A stretch of 64,000 nt of DNA, taken from assembly GCF_009914755.1 (NCBI RefSeq), contig NC_060926.1; one strand, given 5' to 3'. Of the stretch, positions 20,180 to 40,712 are shown piece by piece. Below the pieces are notes generated by a model. It searched no databases and had not been told where the DNA came from. It worked only from the letters and a program-made list of their open reading frames with translations. This DNA is from the human T2T-CHM13v2.0 reference genome, Homo sapiens. How positions within the stretch are numbered: the first letter of the stretch is position 1; the number at the start of each line of letters is the position of its first letter. Both the position numbers and the translations under genes were made by a program.

Positions 20180-20415
20180 GAGGCAGTCTAGCAGAGTGGT
20201 TAAGGGTGTAGGCCCTGGGGCCAGAATGCTAAATGCACATCCCAACTCTAGTTACCTAAACTTTTGTGCTTCAGTTTCCTCCTGCATAAAATGGGCTTAT
20301 TATAGAACTAGCCCTACAAGGTAATTTTAAGGATTAGGTTAGTTAGGAAATACATATATAAAGCACTTAGCCCAGGGCCTAGAACATGGTAAGCTCTAAT
20401 AAATGTTAGCTATTG
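20180..20415 (+). mobile_element. MIR
   Basis: TAGCAGAGTGGTTAAG...TGCTTCAGTTTCCTCCTGCATAAAATGGG...AAAGCACTTAG. Confidence 0.75.
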
Positions 20416-20547
20416 ATCTTTATTTAAATCTTTAATTTTGTTTCAAGTTCACAGATAAAATAATTTGGGCTAAATTTTGTAAATAGAAATTTTGATATAA
20501 AGTTCAAACAAGATCCTAGCTATAGTATTAATACAAAATACACATAG

Positions 20548-20907
<360 letters not shown>

Positions 20908-20909
20908 TA

Positions 20910-21234
<325 letters not shown>

Positions 21235-21529
21235 CTATTCTACTTTCAGCCATTCATTTATTTACACCACCTAATAAGTCAGATTGGGCAATTTTAATCT
21301 ACAAAGCCACAGATAACCCTGTAGTATTGCGGAAAATGAATCCTAAGTTACGTAGCTTCCTGAGGGCTGATACTCCCGAGACTGATGAGCTATGAGGAAC
21401 AGGCAGCCAATGCAGTAAGCAAGCTACCTGTGGTATTCTCTCTTTTTCTAACACATGCCCTGCATCCTGCCCAGGGTGGATGAAAACTAATGGGCTGTTT
21501 CACTCCTTCATTTAAAAATTGAATCTGTC

Positions 21530-23930
<2,401 letters not shown>

Positions 23931-24745
23931 AGAGGCGCCTCCCTGGCCATAGCTGAGTCAACCACAGTTGCTTTCCTGGAAATGGGCGACTGCAATGCTA
24001 TTTGGACTTTTCAGTTGATCTGGGGTGATGTAAACTCGGGGAGCATCTGCAGGCAGAAAAAAGCAGGGAAAGGTGGTGTGCCTAGAAAGAGGAGTGACAC
24101 AGACCTGCCAAATGGAGTAGAGGTGAGGAATCAGTGGCCCCAGGAAGAGCGAGCCTGAGAAAGGCACCACCTTCCTGCTCCTGGTGCTGGTCCCTCTTGG
24201 AATCTCAGGAAACTTGGAAAAGTAATGACTTAGGGTTGCATCTTAGGGAGAACTTGAAGGTGACAGGAGTTTGTAAAATAACAGGAGCCTCTACACATCA
24301 GGGATAATAAGACAAAACTCGTCTTTTGAGTAAAGGTAGACTTCATCAACTCTGAATTTGCTTGGTGATATTTAGGGCTTATAGTCATAGACTTAATTAT
24401 CTTCAAAAATTATCATTATGTACGTTCCTAAACAGCAATAACTGTTATTGTGAATTTGAGCTCTCTGGATTGCAACCCTTCTTCTCCCCTTTAAGATACT
24501 TTTGGTATAACGAAATTTCTTAGGAATACTATATGGTGTTTTGGCAAAACAGACTACTGAGAGAAAAACAAATAAGGCTACAAAATACCACATTTTTATT
24601 TTGTTTTTTAAAGTGTTACATGCATAGACCAAGGTACGGCAGGATATACCACGAGTAGACAGTGGTTATCTATAAGTGGGGAAATAGACTATTATGGTCT
24701 TCTTTAGTTTTTCTGAATCTTCTCATTTTTTAATGTTTTTTAATT

Positions 24746-24873
<128 letters not shown>

Positions 24874-24982
24874 TAACCCCCAAGATAATCTTTTATAAAT
24901 TTTTTATAAATTTATAAAATTTTCTCCTTTTCATACTATGAATCTGGGGATTTGTGGTTTTTTAAAAAATCAGGCAAGAGGA

Positions 24983-25278
<296 letters not shown>

Positions 25279-25986
25279 TCAGGCAAGAGGTGTGGATTTA
25301 GGCTTTTGTAGGGCAGGGATTTGTGAACACTTTGCTCCTGCTGTTCCTCAGGTACTGCGGGAGGCCTGACACACAGACATTGCTCCATTTTTTTTTCATA
25401 AATGAAGAAAGGATACAAATAGGGTCAAATGCTACAGAGAGGAAGTGTTGTCCGGAAATCCCATATGCAGAGACCTAGGGAAGGAGCTGAAGACTGGGAG
25501 AGGTTGACACAACAGTGGGGTAAGAGGGGGCAGGAAGCCAGAGCAGGTTCAACATTGCTGAGGAGGTGGGTGGATCAGGCACTGCAGGGGGATTCAACCA
25601 AATAGAAGGAGCAGAGGCCACCTCCTCCCTGGACATCAGATGAGAGACAGGGAGGAGAGGAGAGTAAGTGTGGATGCTGGTGAGGCGTCAAATTGCTGAG
25701 GAGCCTCCGGCCCAGCAGCCTTAGTTTCTTAGGTCAATGGGAGGCAACTAGCTGAGAGAGAAAGCAAGACCATGCACAACCTTGGGATGGCAAGCTAGAG
25801 AGGAAAGTGACCAAAATAACAAGAGGCCAGGAGAAAGCCGGAGAAAATCACTAAGTGGGAGGAATATAACAGGCAAGGAAATGTTAAATATGATAATAAC
25901 ATGAAATCAAAGCATGATGTAGGCTGATTTTTAAAAATGAAAAAAGATTGAAACATAATAACATGAAAACTGCATTAAATTATTCA

Positions 25987-26400
<414 letters not shown>

Positions 26401-27489
26401 TTACTAGAAGGTTTTCTGTTCAATTTTGCTGTGAACCTAAAACCGCTCTGAAAAATCAACTCTTTATTGTTTTTTAATGCTAGAAGGCAATAAACCAAAA
26501 TGTGCACTGGGTTGACTTTGAGTGGTGGAAATATGAGTGCTTTTTTTCTTTTTTTACCCTTTTTTTGGCTCTTTCTGTGTTCACACTCTGTACCTGTGTA
26601 CCCCATGAGTCAGCCTGTGACTCAGCACCTCAGGTAGCCTTCCAAGGTCCCTCCTCCCACATGCATCCCTGAGGCTGCCTGTACCCATTTGCCAAGTTTG
26701 CCTCCACCCTCTACCAGTTCCAACCCGGCCACCTGCAGGGGAACAGGGCCAGGTTTCCCTGAGTGTGTTGCTGGCACTGCCAAAATCTCCCCAGTTTTTT
26801 TCACTTTCACTCCCAGCCCCATCTCCCTACTACTTAGGTGAGAAGCCCTGGACCTGGGTTGGTCTTGGCCTCAGCACTCAACTCCTGTAGCCCTCAAGGT
26901 CTCCCTAAGCCCCAACCCTGAGGCATTGCCTTTAGCAGGCCTGTGTGCTTTCCTCCTGACCCCCAGAAATGAGCTCCTCCCTAAGAGCTCTCAACCCTTC
27001 ATTTCTTTCAGGGACATTGCTTGCACTGACTTACGTGAATTCCAGAGTGAGCCCAGTTTAGGTTCAAACTGAGACTCTGCTCAATGTTGCTAATCTCCCC
27101 TCACAGACTTGAAGCACCCTTTGAGCAGTGGGCCTCAGACCTTAGCTGCAAAGTGGAGCAGAAAAATAGGACCGTAGCTGATGAGATGTGGGATCAAGGG
27201 AGGGTTGTTATAAGATGGGAACTCCTACAACAGGCTTGTGAGCTGATGGGCAATCCAGAAGAGAAAAAAATGGATGTCACAGGAACAAGGATATACCTTG
27301 ATCACTTTCCAAGCTTTATCTTTTCATCTCAAAACATCTCTTGGAAAGAGGTATATCTCAACTCTCCTCCCAACTCCCTGGAGCTATGACATCATGTAGG
27401 AAACACTGCCATCACAGTTAGAGGATTTGGAGTTACATCCCGATTTCCCAGTGGACTTGCCTTTCCAAGACTTCTCTGCTGTGATAAAT

Positions 27490-27950
27490 AATGTTTGCCA
27501 TTTATGGAGACCTTAGTCTACCCTGAAAGCCTGGCATACATTACCCTGAACCTTGACAACAAGCTTCCAATGCTGCCATCCCTTCAAGGAGGGAGGGGTC
27601 CAGAGAAGTTAAATTACTTGCTCACGATCACACAAGTCGGGATAGACTAAGCCCTAGGCTACCGCAAATTCACCCTGTGGCTCTCTCTCCACCACAGCAC
27701 CTCTCTGTGTGTCACACAGCAGTTGAGAGCTCAGACTCCGAAGGCAGCTGGTCCTTGACTTAAACTCCAGTTTTGCCACTTACCCGCTGCTGTTATCTTG
27801 AGTGAGGGACTTAATCTCTTTGGCCCTTATTTTCCTCTTCTGTAAAATAAGGATAATAATAATTCCTACCATCAGGTCTTGATGACCATTAAATAAAATA
27901 ATTTATGTAAAAAGTGTTTTTTTCAGTGCCTGGCACAGAGTAAGTCTTCA
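27490..27950. mobile_element. Two MIR fragments
   Basis: AGAAGTTAAATTACTTGCTCACGATCACACA and TTTCCTCTTCTGTAAAATAAGGATAATAATA cores. Confidence 0.7.
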
Positions 27951-28048
27951 ATTATGATATCACGGGAAACACACTATACATATAAGGATTTAGATAAGGG
28001 TTCTCCTTGTGTTGTAGAATCTAAAATAGAATTCAGGGATCAAAGTGA

Positions 28049-28534
<486 letters not shown>

Positions 28535-29310
28535 TGAGCACAGACCTACCTGTTAGTGAGAGGCTGAGCTTACACGTTGGACTGGAGTGTGCCCATTTGC
28601 TCATGAAGTTGAAGGCTTAGAAAAGAGGATCCTATGCTGGAGAACAATTTCAAAACTCCATTCTCATCCCTGGCTTAATGACTGAAAGAATTCCCCCAAC
28701 CCAGGGGCATTTGCTCTTTTTCTAAGAGGCCTGCCTAGGCCAAATAAAAGAATGGCTGACAGACCAGGGAGGGAAATATTGGATGGGGAGGTGGAAGAGA
28801 GGAGAAAGAGAAGGGGACAGAGAGAGGCCTTCTAGGAACTCCTCAGGTCAGACCTGGTCAGCAGCTGCCTGGAAAACACATACTAAGAACTGGCCTTCAC
28901 AGGGCACCTAATTGTGGATAATCACGATCTGGGCAAAGATGGATGTTTCATGTCAAGTTCACTAGAGCTATAGTCCTGTTTGTCCATCGCAGTACACTCT
29001 TAGATTTCGAGCATCTCCCATTCTTAGAACTGGAAGGAAGCTTGCCTATTCAAACTTCATTTTATGGGAGCGGAAACCAAGGTTCTGAAAATTTAAGTGA
29101 AGATTCAAGTAACACAGCAACTAAGTCTGTCTTTTTGCTCTGTTTTATTTAATTAGAAACATTTTTCCAAATCTTCAGGTTCAGCTTGTGGTACACTAGG
29201 ACCCCCAGATAGATCTCTTTGTTCCAGTGACCCTACAGGAAATTTCATAAACTCCTCACATACCCTCCATTCACACATTTCCTTTGTCCCCTTAGATTTT
29301 ATTTCTTTAG

Positions 29311-29632
<322 letters not shown>

Positions 29633-30418
29633 CATTACTTTGTTTTAAGACCTAGCACGGAGTTGGATGCAAACAAGCATTTGTTACATAATCAGACAAC
29701 TAGCGGATTCTCACTTAGGAACATGTGGGAATGTGCACAAAGACAGTACATGCTGAGTCTTGCCAGGGTCCCACTCAGAGGAGTGCTCAAGTATGCTGGC
29801 CAAGTGGGGAACCCTGCACTGCACAGCCCTGAGACCTGTACCTGCCTAGTCTCCCCACACCCCCAATACCTTTAAAGCTGGAGCAAAGCCACCTCTTTCA
29901 GGAAGACAGCCATGTTGTTTACAGTATGGGAACCAAGGGAGAGGTACGGATGTGGCCTCTTAGGTTTCAGTTGGGCAACACAATTCCTTCCCATGTCGGA
30001 AGTGACTAGATTTCTTCAGCGGTCCCTCCCCATTTACCTTCTAGATCTTACTTCTTCCATCCCCCTGATGCAAGCCTGGCTAAAAAAAAGGGGGTGATAG
30101 TTCTGGAATAACGTTGGGTCATTCATCCCCAAAACAGACATACATATGCACCCATGCATAAGCAACATGCACGTACACACTGTGGGTTACCTAGAAATCC
30201 CGTCAATGTATCCTCCTGGGGTACATAACATTTTCTGGAAGAAGGTTTTAACATAAGAAAGGGAAATAAAAAACAAGAAAAGGAACTTTGTTTTTCGTTT
30301 GATGTGCTATCTGAATTTCTGGTCATGATAATGGGCTGGCTGAAGAGGCATAGCAGCAAATCAGCAACACAAACATGCCCTCCATAGGCATCCTAAATAA
30401 CTTTTTTTTTAATTTTTA

Positions 30419-30724
<306 letters not shown>

Positions 30725-31441
30725 TTAATTTTTAAAAATAAATATCTGAGGTCAATAGCAGGCAAGAGAGAGAGAAAAAATCTCCAAGGGCCAGAAATGA
30801 AGAGGGAGCTTAAAAATGTATGGACTTATCAGGGAGTAGGATTAAAGCCAGAGGAACCCAGAAAGATACTAGAATTGATCATGTACCTTAAGGATGGGAA
30901 TGATAATACCAGTGACCCTAAAGGCCCCATGTATAGCAGAAACTACAACTTGATTGCCTATAAAATTGTCAGGACCAAGAAAGAGCTGCCATGCCCTTGA
31001 ATGGGGATAGAAAAGCACTTTGCAGCCTGAGACACAACCCCCAAGTGAGCTGCCTTCCTAGGTCATGAGAGAAAAGGGGCCAATTGAGGAACATTCCAGA
31101 ATCCCAAGCCCTAGTATCAAGTGATGAGGACCCAAATCTGTCATTTGCAATGGTGTGGAAACTCAGGGCCAAGAAATATCAATAACAAAAAATGCTCTGA
31201 GCTATGTAACCCAGTAAGGCCCTAGCAGGTACAGCCATAAAGCCACCCCTGAATAGACTTCTTCATAATCCAGGGCACATGCAAGACTCCCATGAAACAA
31301 AAAAATGCCTTCAAAAGATGAATTAACAATAAAATGTTACAAAGAGCTGACAATCATCACAATCAACAGTCAGTCAACAGCAAATGGGAGAATTCACACC
31401 TGAGGAGCTAAAGATAATAAAGCAATTTGGATCTGACTTTA

Positions 31442-32490
<1,049 letters not shown>

Positions 32491-32499
32491 AATTCTTTT

Positions 32500-33893
<1,394 letters not shown>

Positions 33894-35069
33894 CTAGCAG
33901 AACAAGTATGATATTTAGAAATATATAGATCACTATCCGATGAAACAGCTATGAGAGCTGACAGCTGCTGCCCTTGTCTGCAGGGATTGGAGCTGGAAGG
34001 CTGCTGGTTTTTTGTTATAAGCTTCATAAAGCCATTTCGTTTTTTCAACAATGTGTATAAAATACTTAGACAATAGAAAGAAAATTTAATCTTAAAAAGT
34101 CGAGTTAACATATTTCGATTATTTTTTATTTATTATGTCTTTGATTCATTTCTACCCTGAAGGTTGGAAGGAAGACTTTGGATTTAAAAACTGAATACCA
34201 GGCTGCAAGAAAACATTGGTGCTGAGAGCTCCGCCGTTAGCTCCTTGTGGCTTTCTGGGTGGAACCTAGAGTGGCCTCTCTGACCTCTGCATGGAAACGG
34301 CAAAAGACAGGGCTCCACCACTGTCTCTTGGTGAGTGGTCTTCTCTAGGAAGGCACCTCTTTGGGACGATCCTTAGACCAAAGAGGAGATTGTCATGTTA
34401 CTCATTTGCATCTATGAGATTTTTCAGTCTCTGAAAGACTCTTATTAAAATACTACTTTGCTGAGAAAGGGGCAAATTTTACCTCTATGGCATAAAATGT
34501 TGATTGTCAATTAGTATTTTTGCTGGAATTAACAAGAATGGGCCAGGGGATGGAGGGCAAGGGGTGGTGAGAGGCTGTGGTTGGTCAGAAGTGGAACTGG
34601 TTTAGGGGAAAACAGTAGATTTTCACATTTTGATTTAGAGTCTCAAACGTTGTCACCAAGGCTACAAAACAAACTTTAGGATTTTAACATCAGGAAGCAT
34701 TGTGCAGAACATGCCGTTACATCCTAATCCCCGTCCCTCACCTTACCCTGATGTACATCCCCTCTGTAATCCCAATCTCATCACTGACCCCTCCCATTTC
34801 TGACCCCCACTCCTGTCCTAAGATTCACCCCATCCCTAGTGCCAGCCCCATCCTGGACAAGGGAGTCCCTCCTTAAGGCAAACACTCTCCCTGGCTCTGA
34901 CTGGATCTAATCCTCACCCTATCTAGTAATTGAAATATCAGTTTTTGGTACTTCAATATGCTGTTAACTAAGTACCAAAATCCTGACATTTTTTAAAAAT
35001 CTGAAATCCAAATCATTTGTGTCTTGAGCTATACCCAGAAAATTACAGGCTGCATTAAAATTTCCAATC

Positions 35070-35409
<340 letters not shown>

Positions 35410-36549
35410 CTATATCCCTCCCCTGTTTAAAACACTTCTGAGTTATTTTGTTGCTGTTTGAGCCTCATTTAGTTCCTAGTGAGACTGAGCATTTTTCATG
35501 AGGTTATGAGTCATTTGCATTTCCCCTGGACCCAGTGTGGATCCCTATTTACTTACTGAAGCCTCTGATGGAGTTGTCCTTGCAGAAGCATAAGGTGAAG
35601 AAGGAGGAAGTTGGACTTTGAGGAAACAGTAGGAGAGGTGGAGGGAGATCAGCGGAGGGAGGAGAGGAAAAGGAGGCCCCAGTTCTCAGCCTTCTGCCCT
35701 AGATTCTCTGTGCATCCTTTGCATCCTTCTTGTCTTCTCTGCTGAATCAGGTCTATCTCTTAGGGCTCGAGTGCCTAACTCCCTCCTCACTCACCTGCCT
35801 GGAGAGTCTTAAGCAGGACAGACTGAGGAGCCTCTGTCTTTTGGCCCCGGAAGAAGATCTTAGATGATGCTCCAGATAGGATGGTGACCCTACCAGGCAC
35901 GTCTTCTGCTCCAGCCTTATAGCTACTAAGCCTTCCCTGATATTCATTCCAGGCCTGACACCCCCTCCCTGAGCCTCACCACTCCCCCACGCTTATCCCA
36001 TTCCAAAGTCTCACTCTCCATATCTGGTCCCAGCTCCATGTTGAATCTCCCTGTTCCCAACACCTCACTGTGACCCTGACTCTCACTCTCCCTCCTTGTA
36101 GATCTCTACCGATTCCTGGCATTCATCCTTCTCTGACCTCATCCCAAGCTGCCACCCCATCCCTGCCCCCATCCCAGCTTTGATTTCAACATCAATCACT
36201 GATCCCCATCTGAAGCTTGATCTAGGTCCTGTCTCTGAGCCTCACCCTATTCCCAACCTCAAGCCTTCCCTGATCCTTCCCCACACAGGCTAAACCCACA
36301 CTCTCAGTTTTGCTTAAGCTAGTTTGACTTCTCTTTCTATCATTTGCCATCAGAAGAGCCCTGACATCTTAAGTCCTCACTTGGGACATTTTTACACAGA
36401 TAAACATCTAATGAAGCTAAACCACAAAGGCAAACTTAATAAGTGGACAGACGGAGGCTGAAAGCGGACAGGACAGACAAGAGGAGCTTTGAGCAGATGG
36501 TGTGCAAAAGAGTGGTCTTTTCAGCATGCATTCATTCCTGTGATCATTA

Positions 36550-36555
36550 TTTATT
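36550..36555 (-). terminator. CXCR1: CXCR1 distal poly(A) signal AATAAA
   Basis: TTTATT on +, ~1.3 kb past the stop; predicts a ~2.5 kb mRNA. Confidence 0.75.
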
Positions 36556-37029
36556 GAGCATTTAGTAGGCTCCAGGCACCAAGGACATACAGTGAATAAA
36601 CCGACAGGGCCCTGTCTCCAAGGAGGGAAAACAGACTAGGAAAAAACTGCAACTCATGGAAAGCATTTGGGGAGGGACTGGTGAGCTCACATAGCTTGAG
36701 GCAGGGCTATGCCTAGGCAAGGCCTAACCCAGAAGATGATGCTCACCTCAGGGTGAAGCTGAGACTCCCTGGAGGAGCATTTCCTTTTACTTGTGGACAA
36801 AGGGATCTTCCTTGGCCAGGGGTATGGGCATGAACAGGAGTTTCTGTGCCTCAAGAGACTGTTCTAGCAGGAGTTAAAGCCCCAGGGAACACTGCCCTTC
36901 AACCCAGAGAGGTGCCTTCTTAGGAGGTGCTGCCCCCATTCTACTGCAGGAACAGCCAACAATGCTGCACACACCCTTGACTCTGTCACAACCAAGATAC
37001 TTCCACAGGGACAAGCACGGAACAGAAGC

Positions 37030-37035
37030 TTTATT
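37030..37035 (-). terminator. CXCR1: CXCR1 proximal poly(A) signal AATAAA
   Basis: TTTATT on +, followed on - by GU-rich TTCTGTTCCGTGCTTGT; predicts a ~2.0 kb mRNA. Confidence 0.65.
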
Positions 37036-37848
37036 AGGAACATCTGCCTGCCCAATGGACTGGTGGCTGCACATGGCTTTCTAGGGATGCTGATGCTGCA
37101 CGCCAGCCTGGAAGCTGCAGAGGGGAAGGGCTAAGGGCTGCTTGTCTCGTTCCACTTGGGGCTCAGCAGGTGGCCAGCACATGTGTCTGCGATGTTGGTC
37201 ATGGGGGTAAAGGGGGTTCTTGTGGCATAGATCTGGCTTCCAAACCCTCTTTCTCTTTGTTCATCCACCACCCCCAAGGGGAACATGTGTTTCCAGCTCC
37301 TCACAAGGCCAGCTGGCAGGTTGATGTTTTGGCAGTGCCTGCCTCAATGTCTCCAGCAGACACTGCAACACACCTGAGATGGGAAAACCACCCCCCTGAG
37401 CTCGGATCAGAGCACACAGAGCCACCAGCTTGGTGGCTCAACGCTTAACACTCAGAGTTGAGGAGATGCTCCTGTGAGGGTCAACGAGAGCATCCAGCCC
37501 TCATGAGGACACAGCTTCAGCCCTGTTCTCTCATCTAATGTCAGATTCGGGGCTCAGATGTGGCCATGCTAATTAGCCAGTTAGTGGGTTAAAGATGTGA
37601 CGTTCAACGGGAATGATGGTGCTTCGTTTCCATGGAGGTGCAAAGGCCGGTCCTTGGAGGTACCTCAACAGCTCCTCAGAAGGTTGGTGTGGCCCCTGAA
37701 GACACCAGTTCCTAACTTCCCCACATCCTATAGCGTCCCCCCAAAACCCAGATAGTGCCTGTCCAGAGCCAGATCACCTTCCACACACAACCTCAGGGTG
37801 TTGGTTATTCTTTCCTTCTGAGAAGAGATATTCCTTCATCGATGGTTT

Positions 37849-38901
37849 TCAGAGGTTGGAAGAGACATTGACAGACGAAGAAGTGTAGGAGGTAACACGA
37901 TGACGTGCCAAGAACTCCTTGCTGACCAGGCCATGCATAGCCAGGATCTTGAGGAATCCATGGCGAAAATTTTGGCCGATGAAGGCGTAGATGATGGGGT
38001 TGAGGCAGCTATGGAGAAATCCCAGAATCTCAGTGGCATCCAGGGCCCGGCCGATGTTGTTGCGGCGCTCACAGCTCTCCTGGATCACCTGGGTCCTCAT
38101 GAGGGTGTCTGCCAGCAGGACCAGGTTGTAGGGCAGCCAGCAAAGCAGGAAGATGAGGACGACAGCAAAGATGACCCTCATGGCTCGGTGCTTCTGCCCC
38201 ATGTGGGCCTTAAACAGTGTACGCAGGGTGAATCCATAGCAGAACAGCATGACAAACAGCGGCACGATGAAGCCAAAGGTGTGAGGCAGGATCCGCAACA
38301 CCATCCGCCATTTTGCTGTGTCATTTCCCAGGACCTCATAGCAAACTGGACTGGAATTGTTTGGATGGTAAGCCTGGCGGAAAAGGAAGAAGGGCAGGGA
38401 CAGATTCATAGACAGTCCCCAGCAGCCAAGACAAACAAACTTGACCAAGTGACGCTTCTGGGTCAGTGTGCGTGTGGCATGGACAATGGCCAGGTAACGG
38501 TCCACACTGATGCAGGCCAACAGCAGGATGCCACTGTAGAAGTTGACTTCCTTCAGGAGTGAGACCACCTTGCACAGGAATGTGCCAAAAATCCAGCCAT
38601 TCACCTTGGAGGCGGCCCAGATGGGCAAGGTCAGGGCAAAGAGTAGGTCGGCCAAGGCCAGGTTCAGCAGGTAGACATCAGTGACGGAGCGGCCGACCCT
38701 GCTGTATAAGATGACCAGCATCACCAGGGAGTTTCCCAGCAGGCTCAGCAGGAACACTAGGGCATAGGCGATGATCACAACATACTTGTTGAGTGTCTCA
38801 GTTTCTAGCATACAGGGGCTGTAATCTTCATCTGCAGGTGGCATGCCAGTGAAATTTAGATCATCAAAATCCCACATCTGTGGATCTGTAATATTTGACA
38901 T
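37849..38901 (-). CDS. CXCR1: C-X-C chemokine receptor 1 (IL-8 receptor A), 350 aa class A GPCR
   Basis: Intronless [17 protein letters not shown]...SVNVSSNL with DRY, CWLP and NPIIY motifs. Acceptor TTCCAG|TTAGAT; exon starts at 38934. Confidence 0.99.
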   Translation of the reverse strand: MSNITDPQMWDFDDLNFTGMPPADEDYSPCMLETETLNKYVVIIAYALVFLLSLLGNSLVMLVILYSRVGRSVTDVYLLNLALADLLFALTLPIWAASKVNGWIFGTFLCKVVSLLKEVNFYSGILLLACISVDRYLAIVHATRTLTQKRHLVKFVCLGCWGLSMNLSLPFFLFRQAYHPNNSSPVCYEVLGNDTAKWRMVLRILPHTFGFIVPLFVMLFCYGFTLRTLFKAHMGQKHRAMRVIFAVVLIFLLCWLPYNLVLLADTLMRTQVIQESCERRNNIGRALDATEILGFLHSCLNPIIYAFIGQNFRHGFLKILAMHGLVSKEFLARHRVTSYTSSSVNVSSNL

Positions 38902-39868
38902 GTCCTCTTCAGTTTCAGCAATGGTTTGATCTAACTGGAAGGTTAGAAGGAAGGAAATGTGATTTAGTAGCTCGGATTCAAGGCATTCTCATCAATGATG
39001 TGAGAGCAGTTACTGGGATATCCTTGGCTTCCCTGTTGGTTTGGCAATGAGAGCTCTCCTTCCTCCTTTGACTCCAACCTGGTCTTCTTCGGAGGTTGGC
39101 TTCCCAGTGTTCTCCACCTTCCACAACTCTAAGGCCTGGCCTGAGTGTGGGGTAAGATGGAATATGGGGAAAACACCTTAGCCCTAGCTCAACCTACAAC
39201 TGCCTCCTCTCAGCCTATGTCTCTACCTCTGTCCCTCTTTAGCCTTCTCCATCCTCAGCTGTGTCTGTGCATTTGGATGTGGGGACCAGGTTGGTCTTAG
39301 ACATTCAGGGAAGGGCCAGCATTAAGCAAAATGCAAGAAGGCAAACCTGTTCCCAGGTGTCCCCTTCTACTATTTCTATTCCTATGTTCTCCCTGATTCT
39401 TGTTTACCCTCCTTAAAATCTACTGGGGGAAGGAAGTGATAACAACACATTGCATTAAACTGTATATTTTAAGCCTTCTTTAAATGAGGAGCACATATTT
39501 TGTTCCTCTGTCTAAAGGAGTTTTAAGTATTTGAGAAGATAAAGTCTCCATCTTGGTCCCTGAAACCCTCCACCCCTGAAAAAATCCACAGAATCATTCA
39601 AGAGTTTTCAAATATATTTCCTATTGTGAAATAGTTTACTGAAATAAGATCTTCCCAGAAGCCCAGTATGTGAAGCAGATAAAAGCTGAGCCACTGTGGG
39701 GCAGAGTGTGCTAATCTCCGAACCCAGATGGCCCCTAAAGAGCCCCTCAAAGCTCCAGGACTCTCCAGAGAAGTCTGAAAGCCTTTGGAAAGTCACCGAG
39801 GTTGGTTGTAAAGACACCTAGCATCCAGTCTTCATTCCATCCTGATTCTACCATTAATAAGTTTCGTG

Positions 39869-40154
<286 letters not shown>

Positions 40155-40597
40155 GTCTCATGACCTTGAGTGGGGTCTCGTACCCCTATAGATTTCAGTC
40201 TTCTCATCTGCAAATCGAGGAAGACAGAATCATCCACCTCTCATTTGCTGCCAGGCCTGAGGGTGTATGATGAGTCCACTCAGATCCACACATTTTAGTG
40301 TGTTCCCTCCCTACCAGTATTTGCATTTTCACTGAAGACAAAGTCTTAAGGTGAAGCAATAAACATCAAATTGGGGAATGGTCAGCCTCTTCCCACAAAA
40401 GGGCAAGGTATAAAAAGAGGGGATGAGGAGGCTGTCCTCTTCACCTGCTAACTCCATGTATGAGTGGTGGTCACAAGAGAGGAAGCGGGCAGCAGAAATC
40501 CTCAGCTCCCACAGAAATGAATACATTTTCCAAAATAAAGTCAAGCCAAGCAGCCCTACCCCACAGAAAGTCCTAGCAAACAGAGGTGGCTTCCTAC

Positions 40598-40683
40598 CTG
40601 AAGCACCGGCCAGGTGTGTCCAACAGTAGGAGCTGCAGTCAGAGATCAGAGTGACTTAACAGCTAGAGGGCACTTGATGAATA
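40598..40683 (-). other. CXCR1: CXCR1 non-coding exon 1
   Basis: Donor CTTCAG|GTAGGA on -; matches the recalled CXCR1 mRNA 5' end (TATTCATCAAGTGCCCTC...). TSS approximate. Confidence 0.85.
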
Positions 40684-40712
40684 AACGGAAATAAGGAAAC
40701 CACATCAGATGA
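40684..40712 (-). promoter_or_regulatory. CXCR1: CXCR1 TATA-less core promoter: two GGAA (ETS/PU.1) cores, RUNX site, E-box
   Basis: CGGAAATAAGGAAACCACATCAGATG next to the TSS; AACCACA at 40698-40704. PU.1 control of CXCR1 is established. Confidence 0.65.

Noticed and set aside
24891-24924. AT-only palindrome TTTTATAAATTTATAAAA
   Set aside because: Low-complexity sequence; expected by chance or slippage.
37900-38562. 220-aa antisense ORF over CXCR1 and similar 112-aa antisense ORF over CXCR2 (9126-9464)
   Set aside because: Shadow frames of GC3-rich coding sequence; their similarity just reflects the paralogous sense genes.
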